The notes under the pieces are model-generated. The model was not told where the DNA came from, searched no databases, and saw only the letters and a list, made by a program, of their open reading frames with translations. A stretch of 64,000 nt of DNA from Spirochaetia bacterium (lineage in GTDB: Bacteria; Spirochaetota; Spirochaetia; SZUA-6; Bin103). Each line of letters begins with the position of its first letter. Within the stretch, counting starts at the first letter, position 1. This document shows positions 41,912 to 51,908 of this stretch, one piece after another. The stretch covers positions 1,120,001 through 1,184,000 of the forward strand of contig OZ241863.1 in assembly GCA_965203055.1 (NCBI GenBank). The letters run 5' to 3'. The position numbers and the translations under genes are program-made.

Positions 41912-43435
41912 CTACCAGCCGGCCCCGCCGGGGGCGACGATTTCGGATTCCTTGAGCACCACGTCGTGGGCGCCGGCCTCGCGCAGGCTGGTGGAGGAGA
42001 CCACCGTCAGGCGCGCTTCGCGGTGCAGCGCGGCGAGGTCGGTGACCCCGCAGTTGCACATCGTGCTCTTGATCTTGCTCAGCGTCTGGTTGAGGTTGTC
42101 GCGCAGCTCGCCGGCGTAGGGCACGTAGCCGTCCACCCCCTCCTCGAAGGCGAGTCCGGCGGCCGGCGCCTGGCCGTCGTAGCGCTGCCAGTTGCGCGCC
42201 TTGATGGTGCCTTCGCCCCAGTACTCCTTGACGAAGTTGGTGCCCATGCGCAGGCGCGGCGCGGGGCTCTCGTCGAAGCGCGCGAAGTAGCGGCCCATCA
42301 TCACGCAGTCCGCGCCCATGGCCAGCGCCAGGGTGATGTGATAGTCGTGGAAGATGCCGCCGTCGGCGCAGATGGGGATGTACTGGCCGCTCTCCCGGAA
42401 CAGCCGGTCACGGGCGGCGGCCACGTCCAGCACCGCGCTGGCCTGCCCGCGGCCCAGTCCCTTCTGCTCGCGGGTGATGCAGATGGAACCGGGGCCGACG
42501 CCCACCTTGACGAAGTCGGCGCCCGCCGCGGCGAGGTAGCGGAACCCCTCGCCGTCCACCACGTTGCCGGCGCCGATGCTCACCGCGTCCCCGTACCGCT
42601 CCCGCACCCACGCCAGGCAGTCGCGCTGAAACTCCGAGAAGCCGTCGGAGGAGTCGATGCACAGCACGTCCACGCCCGCTTCCAGGAGACTGGGCACGCG
42701 CTCGCGGTAGTCGTGGGTGTTGATGCCCGCGCCGACCATCAGCCGCTTCTCGTGGTCGATCAGCTCGTCCGGGTTCTCCTTGTGCTCGTCGTAGTCCTTG
42801 CGGAACACGAGGTAGCGCAGGCGGCGTTCGCCGTCGATGATCGGCAGGCAGTTGAGGCGGTGCTCCCAGATCAGGTTGTTGGCCTCGGTCAGGGAGATGC
42901 CGTCGCGGCCGTACACCAGCTCCTCGAAGGGGGTCATCATCCGCGCCACCGGTTGCTCCGGGGCGACGTGGCCGATGCGGTAGTCGCGCCCGGTCAGGAT
43001 GCCCAGCAGGCGGCCGTCCGCGGCGCCGTTGTCGGTGACCGCCATGGTGGTGTGGCCGGTGGCCCGGCTGCGGTCCAGCACGTCGCGCAGCGTGGCCTGC
43101 GGCGTGACGTTGGTGTCGCTGACCACGAATCCGGCCTTGAACTTCTTGACCCGGCGCACCATCTCCGCCTGGTCCGCGATCGGCTGCGAGGTGAAGATGA
43201 ACGCCAGGCCGCCGCTGCGGGCCAGGGCCACCGCCATGGTGTCGTCCGACACCGACTGCATCATTGCCGAGACCAGCGGTACGTTCAGGGTGAGCCCCGC
43301 GGCCGCCGGCGGCCGCCGGCGGGTCAGCGGCGAGCGCAGGCTGACGTTGGCGGGGATGCACTCCCGCCGCGTCAGGTTGGGGAGCAGCAGATACTCGCTG
43401 AAGGTGCGCGAGATCCCGGGTATTACGATGGCCAT
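41912..43435 (-). CDS. guaB: IMP dehydrogenase
   Basis: [11 protein letters not shown] pair, [30 protein letters not shown]. Confidence 0.95.
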   Translation of the reverse strand: MAIVIPGISRTFSEYLLLPNLTRRECIPANVSLRSPLTRRRPPAAAGLTLNVPLVSAMMQSVSDDTMAVALARSGGLAFIFTSQPIADQAEMVRRVKKFKAGFVVSDTNVTPQATLRDVLDRSRATGHTTMAVTDNGAADGRLLGILTGRDYRIGHVAPEQPVARMMTPFEELVYGRDGISLTEANNLIWEHRLNCLPIIDGERRLRYLVFRKDYDEHKENPDELIDHEKRLMVGAGINTHDYRERVPSLLEAGVDVLCIDSSDGFSEFQRDCLAWVRERYGDAVSIGAGNVVDGEGFRYLAAAGADFVKVGVGPGSICITREQKGLGRGQASAVLDVAAARDRLFRESGQYIPICADGGIFHDYHITLALAMGADCVMMGRYFARFDESPAPRLRMGTNFVKEYWGEGTIKARNWQRYDGQAPAAGLAFEEGVDGYVPYAGELRDNLNQTLSKIKSTMCNCGVTDLAALHREARLTVVSSTSLREAGAHDVVLKESEIVAPGGAGW

Positions 43436-43558
43436 GGCGTTCTCCTCTCGCAGGTGGCGTGGCACGGCGGCCCGCCGGCGCGCGGCGCGGCGGCGGGCGG
43501 GCGGAATCGGTGGGAGCGTGCGCGCCCCGCGGCCCGCGCGCGGCGGCGCCGGCGCTGA

Positions 43559-44632
43559 TCAGCCTGCGGCGAGCTGGCCCTGGGGCGCACGCAACGCGCC
43601 GGTGAGCATACGCTCGGTCGTGTCCCAACTGATGCACTCGTCGGTAATCGAGACGCCGTAGCGCAGTTCGCTGGGGTCCTCGGGGATGCTCTGGCGGCCT
43701 TCGAACAGGTTGCTCTCCAGCATGGCGCCGATGATCGGACTGGACGCGGCGGCGGACTGCGCCCGCTGTTCCAGCACGCTGTTCCAGGCGGTCTCCTGAT
43801 TCCGGTGCTTCTTGCCGGAGTTGTCGTGGCTGCAGTCCACCATCAGCACGGGGGACAGTCCGGCGCGTCTCAGCAAGCCGACCGCGGCGCGCACGCTGGC
43901 GGCGTCGTAGTTGGCGCCGTTGCGCCCGCCGCGCAGGATCACGTGGCCGATCCGGTTGCCGCGCGTGCTCACCACGCCGATGCGCCCGTCCTGATCGAGG
44001 CCCAGGAAGCGGTGCGGATCGCGCGCCGACACGATGGCGTCGACCGCCACCTGGAGATTGCCGTCGGTGGAGTTCTTGAAGCCGACCGGCATCGACAGGC
44101 CGCTGGCCATTTCGCGATGCGTCTGCGACTCGGTGGTGCGCGCCCCGACCGCGGCCCAGGACACCAGATCGTCGGTGTACTGGGGAACGATCGGGTCGAG
44201 CACCTCGGTCGCCGTGGGGAGCCCCAGTTCGTTGATCGCCAGCAGAATGCGGCGGGCGATGCGGAGTCCTTCGGGAATGTCCGACGAGTAGTCGAGATGG
44301 GGGTCGATGATCATCCCGCGCCAGCCCACCGTGGTGCGCGGCTTCTCGAAGTAGACCCGCATGATCACGAACAGCTCATCCTGCACGCGGGCCGCCAGCT
44401 CGGCCAGCCGGGCGGCGTACTCCAGCGCCGCGCCCTCGTCATGGATCGAACAGGGGCCGACGATCACCAGCAGGCGCGGATCGCGCCGGGCGAGGATGTC
44501 CGCCACCGTGTTCCGCGCCCGCACCACCGTCCGGTTGGCGGCGGGCCGCATCGGCAACTCCTCCTTGAGCGCCCGCGGCGAAGTAAGCGGCTCGATGGCC
44601 AGCACGTTGAGATCGAAAGTACGCTGCATCAT
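43559..44632 (-). CDS. DAHP synthase, class I-alpha (AroF/G/H type)
   Basis: GPCSIHD, MRVYFEKPRT, GARTTESQTHRE, VGFKN, DCSHDNS, YGVSITDECI. Confidence 0.95.
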   Translation of the reverse strand: MMQRTFDLNVLAIEPLTSPRALKEELPMRPAANRTVVRARNTVADILARRDPRLLVIVGPCSIHDEGAALEYAARLAELAARVQDELFVIMRVYFEKPRTTVGWRGMIIDPHLDYSSDIPEGLRIARRILLAINELGLPTATEVLDPIVPQYTDDLVSWAAVGARTTESQTHREMASGLSMPVGFKNSTDGNLQVAVDAIVSARDPHRFLGLDQDGRIGVVSTRGNRIGHVILRGGRNGANYDAASVRAAVGLLRRAGLSPVLMVDCSHDNSGKKHRNQETAWNSVLEQRAQSAAASSPIIGAMLESNLFEGRQSIPEDPSELRYGVSITDECISWDTTERMLTGALRAPQGQLAAG

Positions 44633-44746
44633 GGGAAGACCGGCGGCCCGCCGGACCGTTGCGGCCCTATCCTAAGCTATCCCCCCACTCCTATCAACTG
44701 CCCGGCGCGCTGCGCCGCGCCGCGGGCGCGGTGATTCAGCTCCGAT

Positions 44747-45376
44747 TCACGCTCCGGCGGTCGGGGCGTCAAAGCATGCCGCCACGCCGGCGGCCAGGCC
44801 GGGGAGCAGCGGCGACCGCGCCGTTGCGCCGCGTCCGTACACCCCGTGCTCGACGTACGCGCCGTCCTGCAGCGTGAGCACGACGATCGTCGCAGCGCGC
44901 GGATCGGCGATCCAGTACTCGGCGATGCCCGCCTCCGCGTAGTCCGCCCGTTTCTCCACCAAGTCCCGAGCGGGATCGTCCGGGCTGACCACCTCCGCTA
45001 CCAGGTCCGCCCCTAGCCAGTAGGGATTCCGGCAGCGCGGATCCGTGCGACTCCGCAGTAGCAGAAGATCGGGCTCGCGGAACTTGCCCGCGCGGATGCG
45101 CATGCGCAACGGGGCGACCATCACGACCCCGCCGCGCGGCTGCAGGTAGCCGTGGAACAGGCCGTAGAGGAACAGAAGCACGGCCTGGTGCCCGAAGGTG
45201 GGCATCGGCAATTCCTGTACGTGGCCGTCGGTGAACTCGATCAGACGATTGCTGTGGTCGGTGAGCCACAGGTAGGCAGCCTCGCTCCAGGCGCCTTGCG
45301 GCGGCAGGACGTCGCGCAACAGCGCGTTCAGCGCCTCCTGGGAGGTCGGCGCTGCCGGCACAGATTCGGTGGTCAC
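44747..45376 (-). CDS. Uma2/DUF820 endonuclease
   Basis: IEFTDG, FREPDL, ADLVAEVVS, KRADYAEAGIAEYWIADP. Confidence 0.9.
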   Translation of the reverse strand: MTTESVPAAPTSQEALNALLRDVLPPQGAWSEAAYLWLTDHSNRLIEFTDGHVQELPMPTFGHQAVLLFLYGLFHGYLQPRGGVVMVAPLRMRIRAGKFREPDLLLLRSRTDPRCRNPYWLGADLVAEVVSPDDPARDLVEKRADYAEAGIAEYWIADPRAATIVVLTLQDGAYVEHGVYGRGATARSPLLPGLAAGVAACFDAPTAGA

Positions 45377-45658
45377 GGTTGACGTTTCCTGCCCCCTCTC
45401 AACTGCCAACTTACCGCAAACCCCGGACCGCGTTCAAACGGCGGCCCACCGTTCGGGCGCACTTCGTTAGTACCGATCCCGCCCTCGAAGCCGCCGGAAG
45501 GCGTACTACGAGTACCGCGCCGCGCCGGGGCCGTGAGAAGAAACCCTGCCGCTCGACGCCGGCGACATTCTCGGCAGTAGCATCTGACGGAACGTCTATC
45601 CGCTTGGAAATGCGCCGCCTAGTCACGCCCGCAGGTGGCATCTCTCGGGCCGAATAAC

Positions 45659-45687
45659 TTGACTCAAGTAGTTCCCATGATTATACT
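45659..45687 (+). promoter_or_regulatory. Sigma70-type promoter for a leaderless HNH transcript
   Basis: TTGACT-N17-TATACT, with ATG 6 nt downstream and no SD. Confidence 0.8.
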
Positions 45688-45693
45688 TATGTC

Positions 45694-47043
45694 ATGAGCA
45701 AACATGCTTCTGACGGTGCCATCACGACTACCGTTTCCGCCCTTTCAGACGACCGCTTGCTGGCGCGGACCAAGGAACTTTCCGGCATCGAACACCATCT
45801 CGAAGTGGTCGTCATCGACCACCTGCGCGAGATTCAGAAGCGCCGCCTGTATCTGCGCCTTGGCTTTTCGAGCCTGTTCGACTACGCGGTGCGCGAACTG
45901 GGTTACAGCGACGCCGCAGCGTGGCGGCGCATCAAGGCGATGCGGCTCTGCGCGGACGTCGACGGCGTGCGCGAGCGCCTGCAGAATGGCGAGATGACGC
46001 TGAACGCGGCCGCGCAGTTGCAGCATGCGTTCGACCGGCAGGAGCGCAAGAAGGAACGCGCGGCGCGCAGCGCGCCGGGCGGGGCCGGGTTCGGGGCTGC
46101 CGCCCAGTCGCAGAACGGCTCGGCGCCGCCGCGGCCGGCGGAGCGGAAGCCGGCGGCGGTGCTGGACCCGGAGGCGCGGCGGGAGCTGGTGGAGCAGGCG
46201 TCCGGCAAGAGCAGCCGGGAGGTGACGCAGTTGCTGGCCGAGATGGACCCGGAGCTGGCGGCGCCGGCGGAGCGGGTGCGGCCGCTGGGCGGCGGGCGCT
46301 GGGAACTCAAGGCGGTGATCGACGATGAGTGCCGGCGGGGCTTGGAGCGGCTCAAGGGCCTCCTGTCTCACGTCGATCCGCACATGACGATGGGGCAGCT
46401 CATGGAGCGGCTGGTGCGGGAAGGGCTCGACCGCCACGACCCGGCCCGGCCGCCGCGCGGGCGGCGCGCCGCGCCGGCCAAAGGCGCCGAGCAAACTTCG
46501 GCGCCGAAGACGCAGGCAGCCTCGGCTCGCGGCGCTGCCTCGGCAGCGAAGCAGGAGGCCGGCGCGGACAGCGCCGCTCCTTCGGCGGCGAAGGTATCGG
46601 TTCAGGCGGCGGCCCAGCTGGAAGACGAAGCCGCTGACCGCTCGGACACTTCGGCAGCGAAGCCGGCGACCGACACCACTTCGGCGCCGAAGACGCGGCG
46701 CCTCGGCCGGCCGGCTGCGGCGTGCGCGCAGCCGGCTGCGCCGCTGCGGACCCGGACTTCGGCAGCGAAGCCGGGCGTGAGCGGCCGCGCGATCCCGGCG
46801 GCGGTCAAGCGCGAGGTGTGGCGGCGCGACCGGGGCCGCTGCCGCTACGTGGACCGCGCCAGCGGGCGCCGCTGCGGCTCGCAACACCTGCTGCAGATCG
46901 ATCACGTCGTGCCGTATGCCTGCGGCGGCGCCGCCGAGCCGAACAATCTCCGGCTGCTGTGCGCCGCCCATCACCGCTACCGCCATGCCGGCGCCGGATT
47001 CGGCCGCCCCGGCGAGGATCGTCAGGTGCCGGTAGACCGGTAA
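45694..47043 (+). CDS. HNH endonuclease with DUF222-like helical N-terminus
   Basis: LYLRLGFSSLFDYAVRELGYS. C-terminal RAIPAAVKREVWRRDRGRC...LQIDHVVP..GG...NNLRLLCAAHH. Confidence 0.9.
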   Translation: MSKHASDGAITTTVSALSDDRLLARTKELSGIEHHLEVVVIDHLREIQKRRLYLRLGFSSLFDYAVRELGYSDAAAWRRIKAMRLCADVDGVRERLQNGEMTLNAAAQLQHAFDRQERKKERAARSAPGGAGFGAAAQSQNGSAPPRPAERKPAAVLDPEARRELVEQASGKSSREVTQLLAEMDPELAAPAERVRPLGGGRWELKAVIDDECRRGLERLKGLLSHVDPHMTMGQLMERLVREGLDRHDPARPPRGRRAAPAKGAEQTSAPKTQAASARGAASAAKQEAGADSAAPSAAKVSVQAAAQLEDEAADRSDTSAAKPATDTTSAPKTRRLGRPAAACAQPAAPLRTRTSAAKPGVSGRAIPAAVKREVWRRDRGRCRYVDRASGRRCGSQHLLQIDHVVPYACGGAAEPNNLRLLCAAHHRYRHAGAGFGRPGEDRQVPVDR

Positions 47044-47330
47044 TCAAGATCGCCGAGAAACGTCCTCTTGTACTGGGGACTGGGGACTTGGGCTTAGCCG
47101 CCAAGCGGCCCGACGCTCACCTGCATTTTGGAAGTGCGCCCCCACCCGTCGGGCGAGCGGAGGGCGGCGGACCCGATACACCGAACCGGCGGTAGCGCCT
47201 CGGCAGGACCTCCAACCGCCGCCCGCGGCCGCTCCTGTACGTACTCGGCGCGTCTTGTGTGGTAGATCGGTCTGACGGAATACGGCATATCGCCATAGCT
47301 GCCATTGAAATCCTTGCTGCGCGCCGGAGG

Positions 47331-47615
47331 TCATAGGGTCTGCGCCTCTTGCAGCACGCGGTCTAGGAGGTCGGGATGGAGGCTCTTTTCGGTTACTACT
47401 TCCACCCGGCGGTGCAGGAGATCTTGCACGTCCATGAGCAGGCCGCCGAGAGCGAGGCCCGTTTTCTCGGGCGGAAGCGTCACCAGCAGGTCGACGTCGC
47501 TGCCATCGCCGGCATCTCCCCTTGCCATGGACCCGAACACGCGTACCTCGCGGATGCCGTGGCGCTTGGCGATGGCGAGAATCCGCGTACGGTGTCGGTC
47601 GATCACGGGGTGCAT
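47331..47615 (-). CDS. Minimal nucleotidyltransferase (MNT) antitoxin-type protein
   Basis: VRVFGSMARGD...SDVDLLV. Confidence 0.88.
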   Translation of the reverse strand: MHPVIDRHRTRILAIAKRHGIREVRVFGSMARGDAGDGSDVDLLVTLPPEKTGLALGGLLMDVQDLLHRRVEVVTEKSLHPDLLDRVLQEAQTL

Positions 47616-47904
47616 TTGATCTCTGGCGAGGGTACCGGGAAGCCGGCACGCGGCTCAACCGCGACCTTGCAGGTACGTGGTCACGATCGCGGCTTCTCAG
47701 CGGGGTAGCGGGTGGTGGGTCAGCGGCCGGGGCTGGCGGCCCGGCCGCGGCCGTATTCGTTGGCGGGGTTGCGGTAGATCGAGTGGTAATGGCCGCCGGC
47801 GGCGGCGAGGGCGCCGGCCAGCGAACGAATCGAGCGCGTCATATGCCGATTGCGCACGAAACGACCGGTGCGGGACGGCTGCGGTTCGCGCTACAGTACG
47901 CGGG

Positions 47905-49518
47905 TTGAAATACGACCTCGATACCCTGCGCGGCGACCTGTTTGGCGGCATCACCTCGGCGGTGGTGGCGCTGCCGGTAGCGCTGGCCTTCGGCGTCGCC
48001 TCCGGGCTGGGCGCGGCCGCCGGGCTGTACGGCGCCATCGCGGTCGGATTCTTTGCCTCGCTGTTCGGCGGCACCCGCTCGCAGATTTCCGGTCCCACGG
48101 CGCCGATGGCGGTGGCCATGGCGGTGATCATCACCACCCACTCCACCAACCTGGCCGAGGCCCTCACCGTGGTGATGATGGGCGGCCTGCTGCAGGTGCT
48201 GCTCGGCGTGTTGGGGTTCGGCCGCTTCGTGGCCTATACGCCGCACGTGGTGGTGTCCGGCTTCATGTCCGGCATCGGCATCATCGTGATGCTGATTCAG
48301 ACCTTGCCGTTCCTCGGCGCGCCCACCGCCACCGGCGGCGCGCTGGGGGCGATTCGGGCGCTGCCGGAGGCGGTGGCCGGCATCAACTTCAGCGCCCTCG
48401 CCATCGCCGCGGCCACGCTGGCCATCGGCGTGGCGTGGCCGCGGCGGCTGCAGCGCTTCCTGCCGGGGGCGCTGGTGGCGCTGATCGCCGGCACGCTGCT
48501 CGGCGTGCTGTGGCTGCGCGGCGCGCCGGTGATCGGCCCGGTGCCCACCGGCCTGCCGCAGGTGCGGTTTGCCCTGCCGTCCGCCGGGTTCCTGCTGCGC
48601 GCCCTGCAGCCGGCGCTCATTCTCGCCCTGCTCGGTTCGGTGGACAGCCTGCTCACCTCCCTGGTAGCCGATTCGCTGACCGGCACCCGCCACAACCCGG
48701 ACCGCGAGCTGGTAGGGCAGGGCATCGGCAACCTGGTGGCCGGCCTGGTCGGCGGGGTGCCCGGCGCCGGCGCCACCATGGGTACGGTTACCAACATCCG
48801 CGCCGGCGGCAAGACGCAGGTGTCCGGCGCGCTGCGCGCAGTGGTCGTGCTCGCGCTGCTGCTGGGCCTGGGGCGCTACGTCGAGCCGATTCCGCATGCC
48901 GTGCTGGCCGGAATCCTGATGAAGGTGGGCTGGGACATCATCGACTGGCGGATGCTCACCCGCATGCACCGGATGCGCCGCGAGCACCTGTTCGTGATGC
49001 TGCTTACGCTCGCCCTTACCATATTCGTCGATCTGGTGACCGCGGTGGCGATCGGGCTGATCGCCGCCGGAGTGGCGCACGCGCGGCAGTTGGAACGGCT
49101 GGAGCTCGACAGCGTGGTCTCGGTGCCGCTGCTGGACCTGAAGTTCTTCGCGCCGGCGGCGGCCGGAACGACCGACCCCTACGCCGCGCGGGTCGGCCTG
49201 GTGGCGCTCAAGGGGAGCTTCACCGTGGCCTCGTCGCACAAGCTGGTCGGCGTGATCAGCGCCGACATAAAGGATCATGAGGTGGTGATCTTCGACTTTT
49301 CCGGCGCCACCTACCTGGATGACAGCGCCGCCATGCTGATCGATCAACTCATGGACAGCGCCGCGGGCGAGAGCACTGAGTGCATCGTCATGGGTCTGTC
49401 AGGTTCCGCCGAGGACACCCTGCGCACCCTCGACGTCCTGGCGCGGCTGCCTGCGGAGCGCGTGGTCGAAACCCTGGACCAGGCGCGGCAGGCGGCGCAG
49501 CGCATCCTTGCGCGCTGA
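47905..49518 (+). CDS. SulP-family anion transporter with STAS domain
   Basis: [45 protein letters not shown]. Start approximate. Confidence 0.92.
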   Translation: MKYDLDTLRGDLFGGITSAVVALPVALAFGVASGLGAAAGLYGAIAVGFFASLFGGTRSQISGPTAPMAVAMAVIITTHSTNLAEALTVVMMGGLLQVLLGVLGFGRFVAYTPHVVVSGFMSGIGIIVMLIQTLPFLGAPTATGGALGAIRALPEAVAGINFSALAIAAATLAIGVAWPRRLQRFLPGALVALIAGTLLGVLWLRGAPVIGPVPTGLPQVRFALPSAGFLLRALQPALILALLGSVDSLLTSLVADSLTGTRHNPDRELVGQGIGNLVAGLVGGVPGAGATMGTVTNIRAGGKTQVSGALRAVVVLALLLGLGRYVEPIPHAVLAGILMKVGWDIIDWRMLTRMHRMRREHLFVMLLTLALTIFVDLVTAVAIGLIAAGVAHARQLERLELDSVVSVPLLDLKFFAPAAAGTTDPYAARVGLVALKGSFTVASSHKLVGVISADIKDHEVVIFDFSGATYLDDSAAMLIDQLMDSAAGESTECIVMGLSGSAEDTLRTLDVLARLPAERVVETLDQARQAAQRILAR

Positions 49519-49529
49519 GCGTGGCCGCG

Positions 49530-51182
49530 TCAGGCGTTCTCCTGCCGCGGCCCTTCTTCCTGCTCGATCTCCTGCGCCAGCAGCGCCAGGTCCAGCACGT
49601 CATGACGGGCGACGGAACCTATGAACGCGCCCGACTCCCGATCCCGGACCGCGATCACCCCGACCGATTGGGCCGCCATCCGTTCCAGGACGTCGGCGAT
49701 CAGCTCGCCGGGGAAGGCGCCCGGCAGGTTGCGCCGCAGCACGTCGCCCAGCGGCGTGGCCGCCCATGAGCGGCGGCGCAGGGCGCGCAGCCGGGCCAGC
49801 GAAACGCTCCCCGTGACCTTCCCGCCGTCGACCACCAGGTAGTCGCGCTGATTGGGCACCAGCCAGTCGGCCATGAAGCTCTGCACCGAGGTGCGCGAAT
49901 CGGGATAGGCGCGCGTCCGATCCAGCACGCTGCTGACCTTGACCCCGGCAAGCGCGTAGCGGGCGTAGGTGGGCGTGACGTCCGGCTCCGGCGCGGCGCC
50001 GCGGTCCGCCGCCTTCGACCGCCTCACCGCGAAGTCGATTACCGGCGGCATCAGCAGGATGTAGCCGAACATGATGAGCACGAACAGGGAGAAGACGTTG
50101 CGCTCGATCGTCCCGTTCTGCAACAGCACCAGCAGCAGGGCGATCTCCGCCACTCCCTTCGACATCAACCCCGCCGCCAACGTGAACGGCGCGTCCAGCC
50201 GGCTCACGTAGGTGCTCAGCAAGGAACCGGCGAACTTCCCCACCAGCGGAATCAGCACCAGCGCGGCGATCGTCACCCCCGGCAGGGCGGTGAAGGAGAG
50301 GTCGAAGTGCAGGCCGGCCGAGGCGAAGAACATCGGCACGAACAGCCCCTCCGCGGCGCTGCGCATGCCGGGCAGAATCTCGTGCCGAACCCGCTGCGGC
50401 ATGCCCGACAGGGAGATGCCGAACAGCAGCGCGCCGATCGTGCCGTGCAGGCCGATCACCTCGGCGCCGACCACCACCAGAAAGAGCCCGCCGATCATCA
50501 GCCCGAACGACAGCTCCGGCACGTTCAGCAGGCGCTGCATGAACAGAATCGCCGGCGGCAGCACGCGGGTGGACAGCAGCCACGTCACGATTACGAACGC
50601 CGCGATCTGCCCCAGCAGTATGGGTACGCGCACCAGGCTGAATTCGTAGTGCTCGCCGATGGTGAACCCCACCACCAGCAGCGCGGTCACTTCGGCGATG
50701 ATCACCACGGTGAAGATCTTGAGGCCGATCGGTTCCTTGAGATGGCCGCCGTCGGCCAGCACCTTGGCCGCCAGGCCGAGGCTGGACAGGGACAGAATGC
50801 CGGCCAGCGCCAGCGCCTCGGTAAATCCCAGGCCGAGCGCGAAATCGACGCCGAGCAGGTCGGAGGTCACCGTCAATGCCGCCAGCAGGGAGACCACCAC
50901 CGACAGCACCGCGGCCACGAAGTAGCGCCCGCGGATGGTGGCCACGAAGCCCGGCAGATCAATCTCGTCGAGGCCGATCAGAAAGAACAGGACGAAGATG
51001 CCGATGCTGAGGAACAGCTCGATTTCGTCGTTCGGGTGGACGATGCCGAGTACCGGGCCGAGCAGCAGCCCGGTCACGGTATAGGCCAGGATCGAGCTCA
51101 GGCCGAAGCGGCCGAAGATCCCCTCGACCAGCTTGGACACGACGATGAGCAAGCCGAGCGGGAGCAGGACTTCCTGCAGCAT
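49530..51182 (-). CDS. Cation:proton antiporter with C-terminal CBS domains
   Basis: Multi-TM N-terminus, FVPMFFASAGL, GKF, then a CBS-like tail. Confidence 0.85.
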   Translation of the reverse strand: MLQEVLLPLGLLIVVSKLVEGIFGRFGLSSILAYTVTGLLLGPVLGIVHPNDEIELFLSIGIFVLFFLIGLDEIDLPGFVATIRGRYFVAAVLSVVVSLLAALTVTSDLLGVDFALGLGFTEALALAGILSLSSLGLAAKVLADGGHLKEPIGLKIFTVVIIAEVTALLVVGFTIGEHYEFSLVRVPILLGQIAAFVIVTWLLSTRVLPPAILFMQRLLNVPELSFGLMIGGLFLVVVGAEVIGLHGTIGALLFGISLSGMPQRVRHEILPGMRSAAEGLFVPMFFASAGLHFDLSFTALPGVTIAALVLIPLVGKFAGSLLSTYVSRLDAPFTLAAGLMSKGVAEIALLLVLLQNGTIERNVFSLFVLIMFGYILLMPPVIDFAVRRSKAADRGAAPEPDVTPTYARYALAGVKVSSVLDRTRAYPDSRTSVQSFMADWLVPNQRDYLVVDGGKVTGSVSLARLRALRRRSWAATPLGDVLRRNLPGAFPGELIADVLERMAAQSVGVIAVRDRESGAFIGSVARHDVLDLALLAQEIEQEEGPRQENA

Positions 51183-51195
51183 CGGGCGTCAGTGC

Positions 51196-51846
51196 CTAGT
51201 GGATCGATAGCATGGCGTAGGCAAGGGATGACTCGATCTCCCGTACCGCGGCCGCAACCTCGCGCGCAATCAGGTCCAGCTTGCCCACTTGGCGGATGCG
51301 CGGCGTGAGCGCCTTCAGTTCTTCCGCCGACAGCAGACTGCCGAATATGCCGCAGACGTCCGCGAGCGCGGTGATCAGCGTATCGCGGGCGTCGGGGATT
51401 TCGTCGCTGCGCAGCATCGCCATGATCCGCAGCCGCACTTCCTGCACTTGCTGGTCGTCGATGACCGGATAGCGCCGGGTCCGAAACACCCACATGAAAC
51501 GACCCTGCTCCTCGCGCAGAATACCGCGCTCGATGAGCCGCGCGAGAGATCGCTCGCGGATTTCGTCGGCCTGGGAAGCCAGCTCGCGAATCCAGTGGCG
51601 CGCGTCGTAGGTGACCAGGGAGTGCGCGATTCGGTCCAGGGTGGGAGCCAGCAGGTCGTCTTCGACCGGTTCCGTATTCACCACGAACAGGCGTTGCGGA
51701 TCGGTGTCGATGCGGCCCTCCAAAGCCAGGTCCATCAGCACGGCGCCGGCGAGGGCCAACTCCAGGGAGTGCTTCGGCAGCTCGACGAAGGTACCGTCGC
51801 CGTCGTCGAGCAACAGTAACATGATCTCTTCAGCAAATCTGAGCAT
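51196..51846 (-). CDS. GPP34/GOLPH3-family protein
   Basis: AEEIMLLLLDD, LAGAVLMDLALEGRI, RLIERGIL, RRYP. Confidence 0.85.
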   Translation of the reverse strand: MLRFAEEIMLLLLDDGDGTFVELPKHSLELALAGAVLMDLALEGRIDTDPQRLFVVNTEPVEDDLLAPTLDRIAHSLVTYDARHWIRELASQADEIRERSLARLIERGILREEQGRFMWVFRTRRYPVIDDQQVQEVRLRIMAMLRSDEIPDARDTLITALADVCGIFGSLLSAEELKALTPRIRQVGKLDLIAREVAAAVREIESSLAYAMLSIH

Positions 51847-51908
51847 CTATCCCCCCGAAGTCATGGCGGCGAAGTATAGCGGCGCCGCGGGCCGCCGGTC
51901 CAGCGCGC

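Larger units (their letters stand above)
45455..47141 (+). mobile_element. Putative HNH-encoding element bounded by 11-bp inverted repeats
   Basis: GGGCGCACTTC (45455-45465) and GAAGTGCGCCC (47131-47141). The second copy at 18902-19976 ends at the same point. Confidence 0.6.

Noticed and set aside
40243..42232. guaB duplication as a DGR template/variable repeat pair
   Set aside because: Differences include indels and are not adenine-specific, and no reverse transcriptase is in the window.
45694..47043. HNH protein as IscB/Cas9-like nuclease for the omega-like RNA
   Set aside because: No PLMP or split RuvC motifs. The HNH is C-terminal after a helical DUF222-like region.
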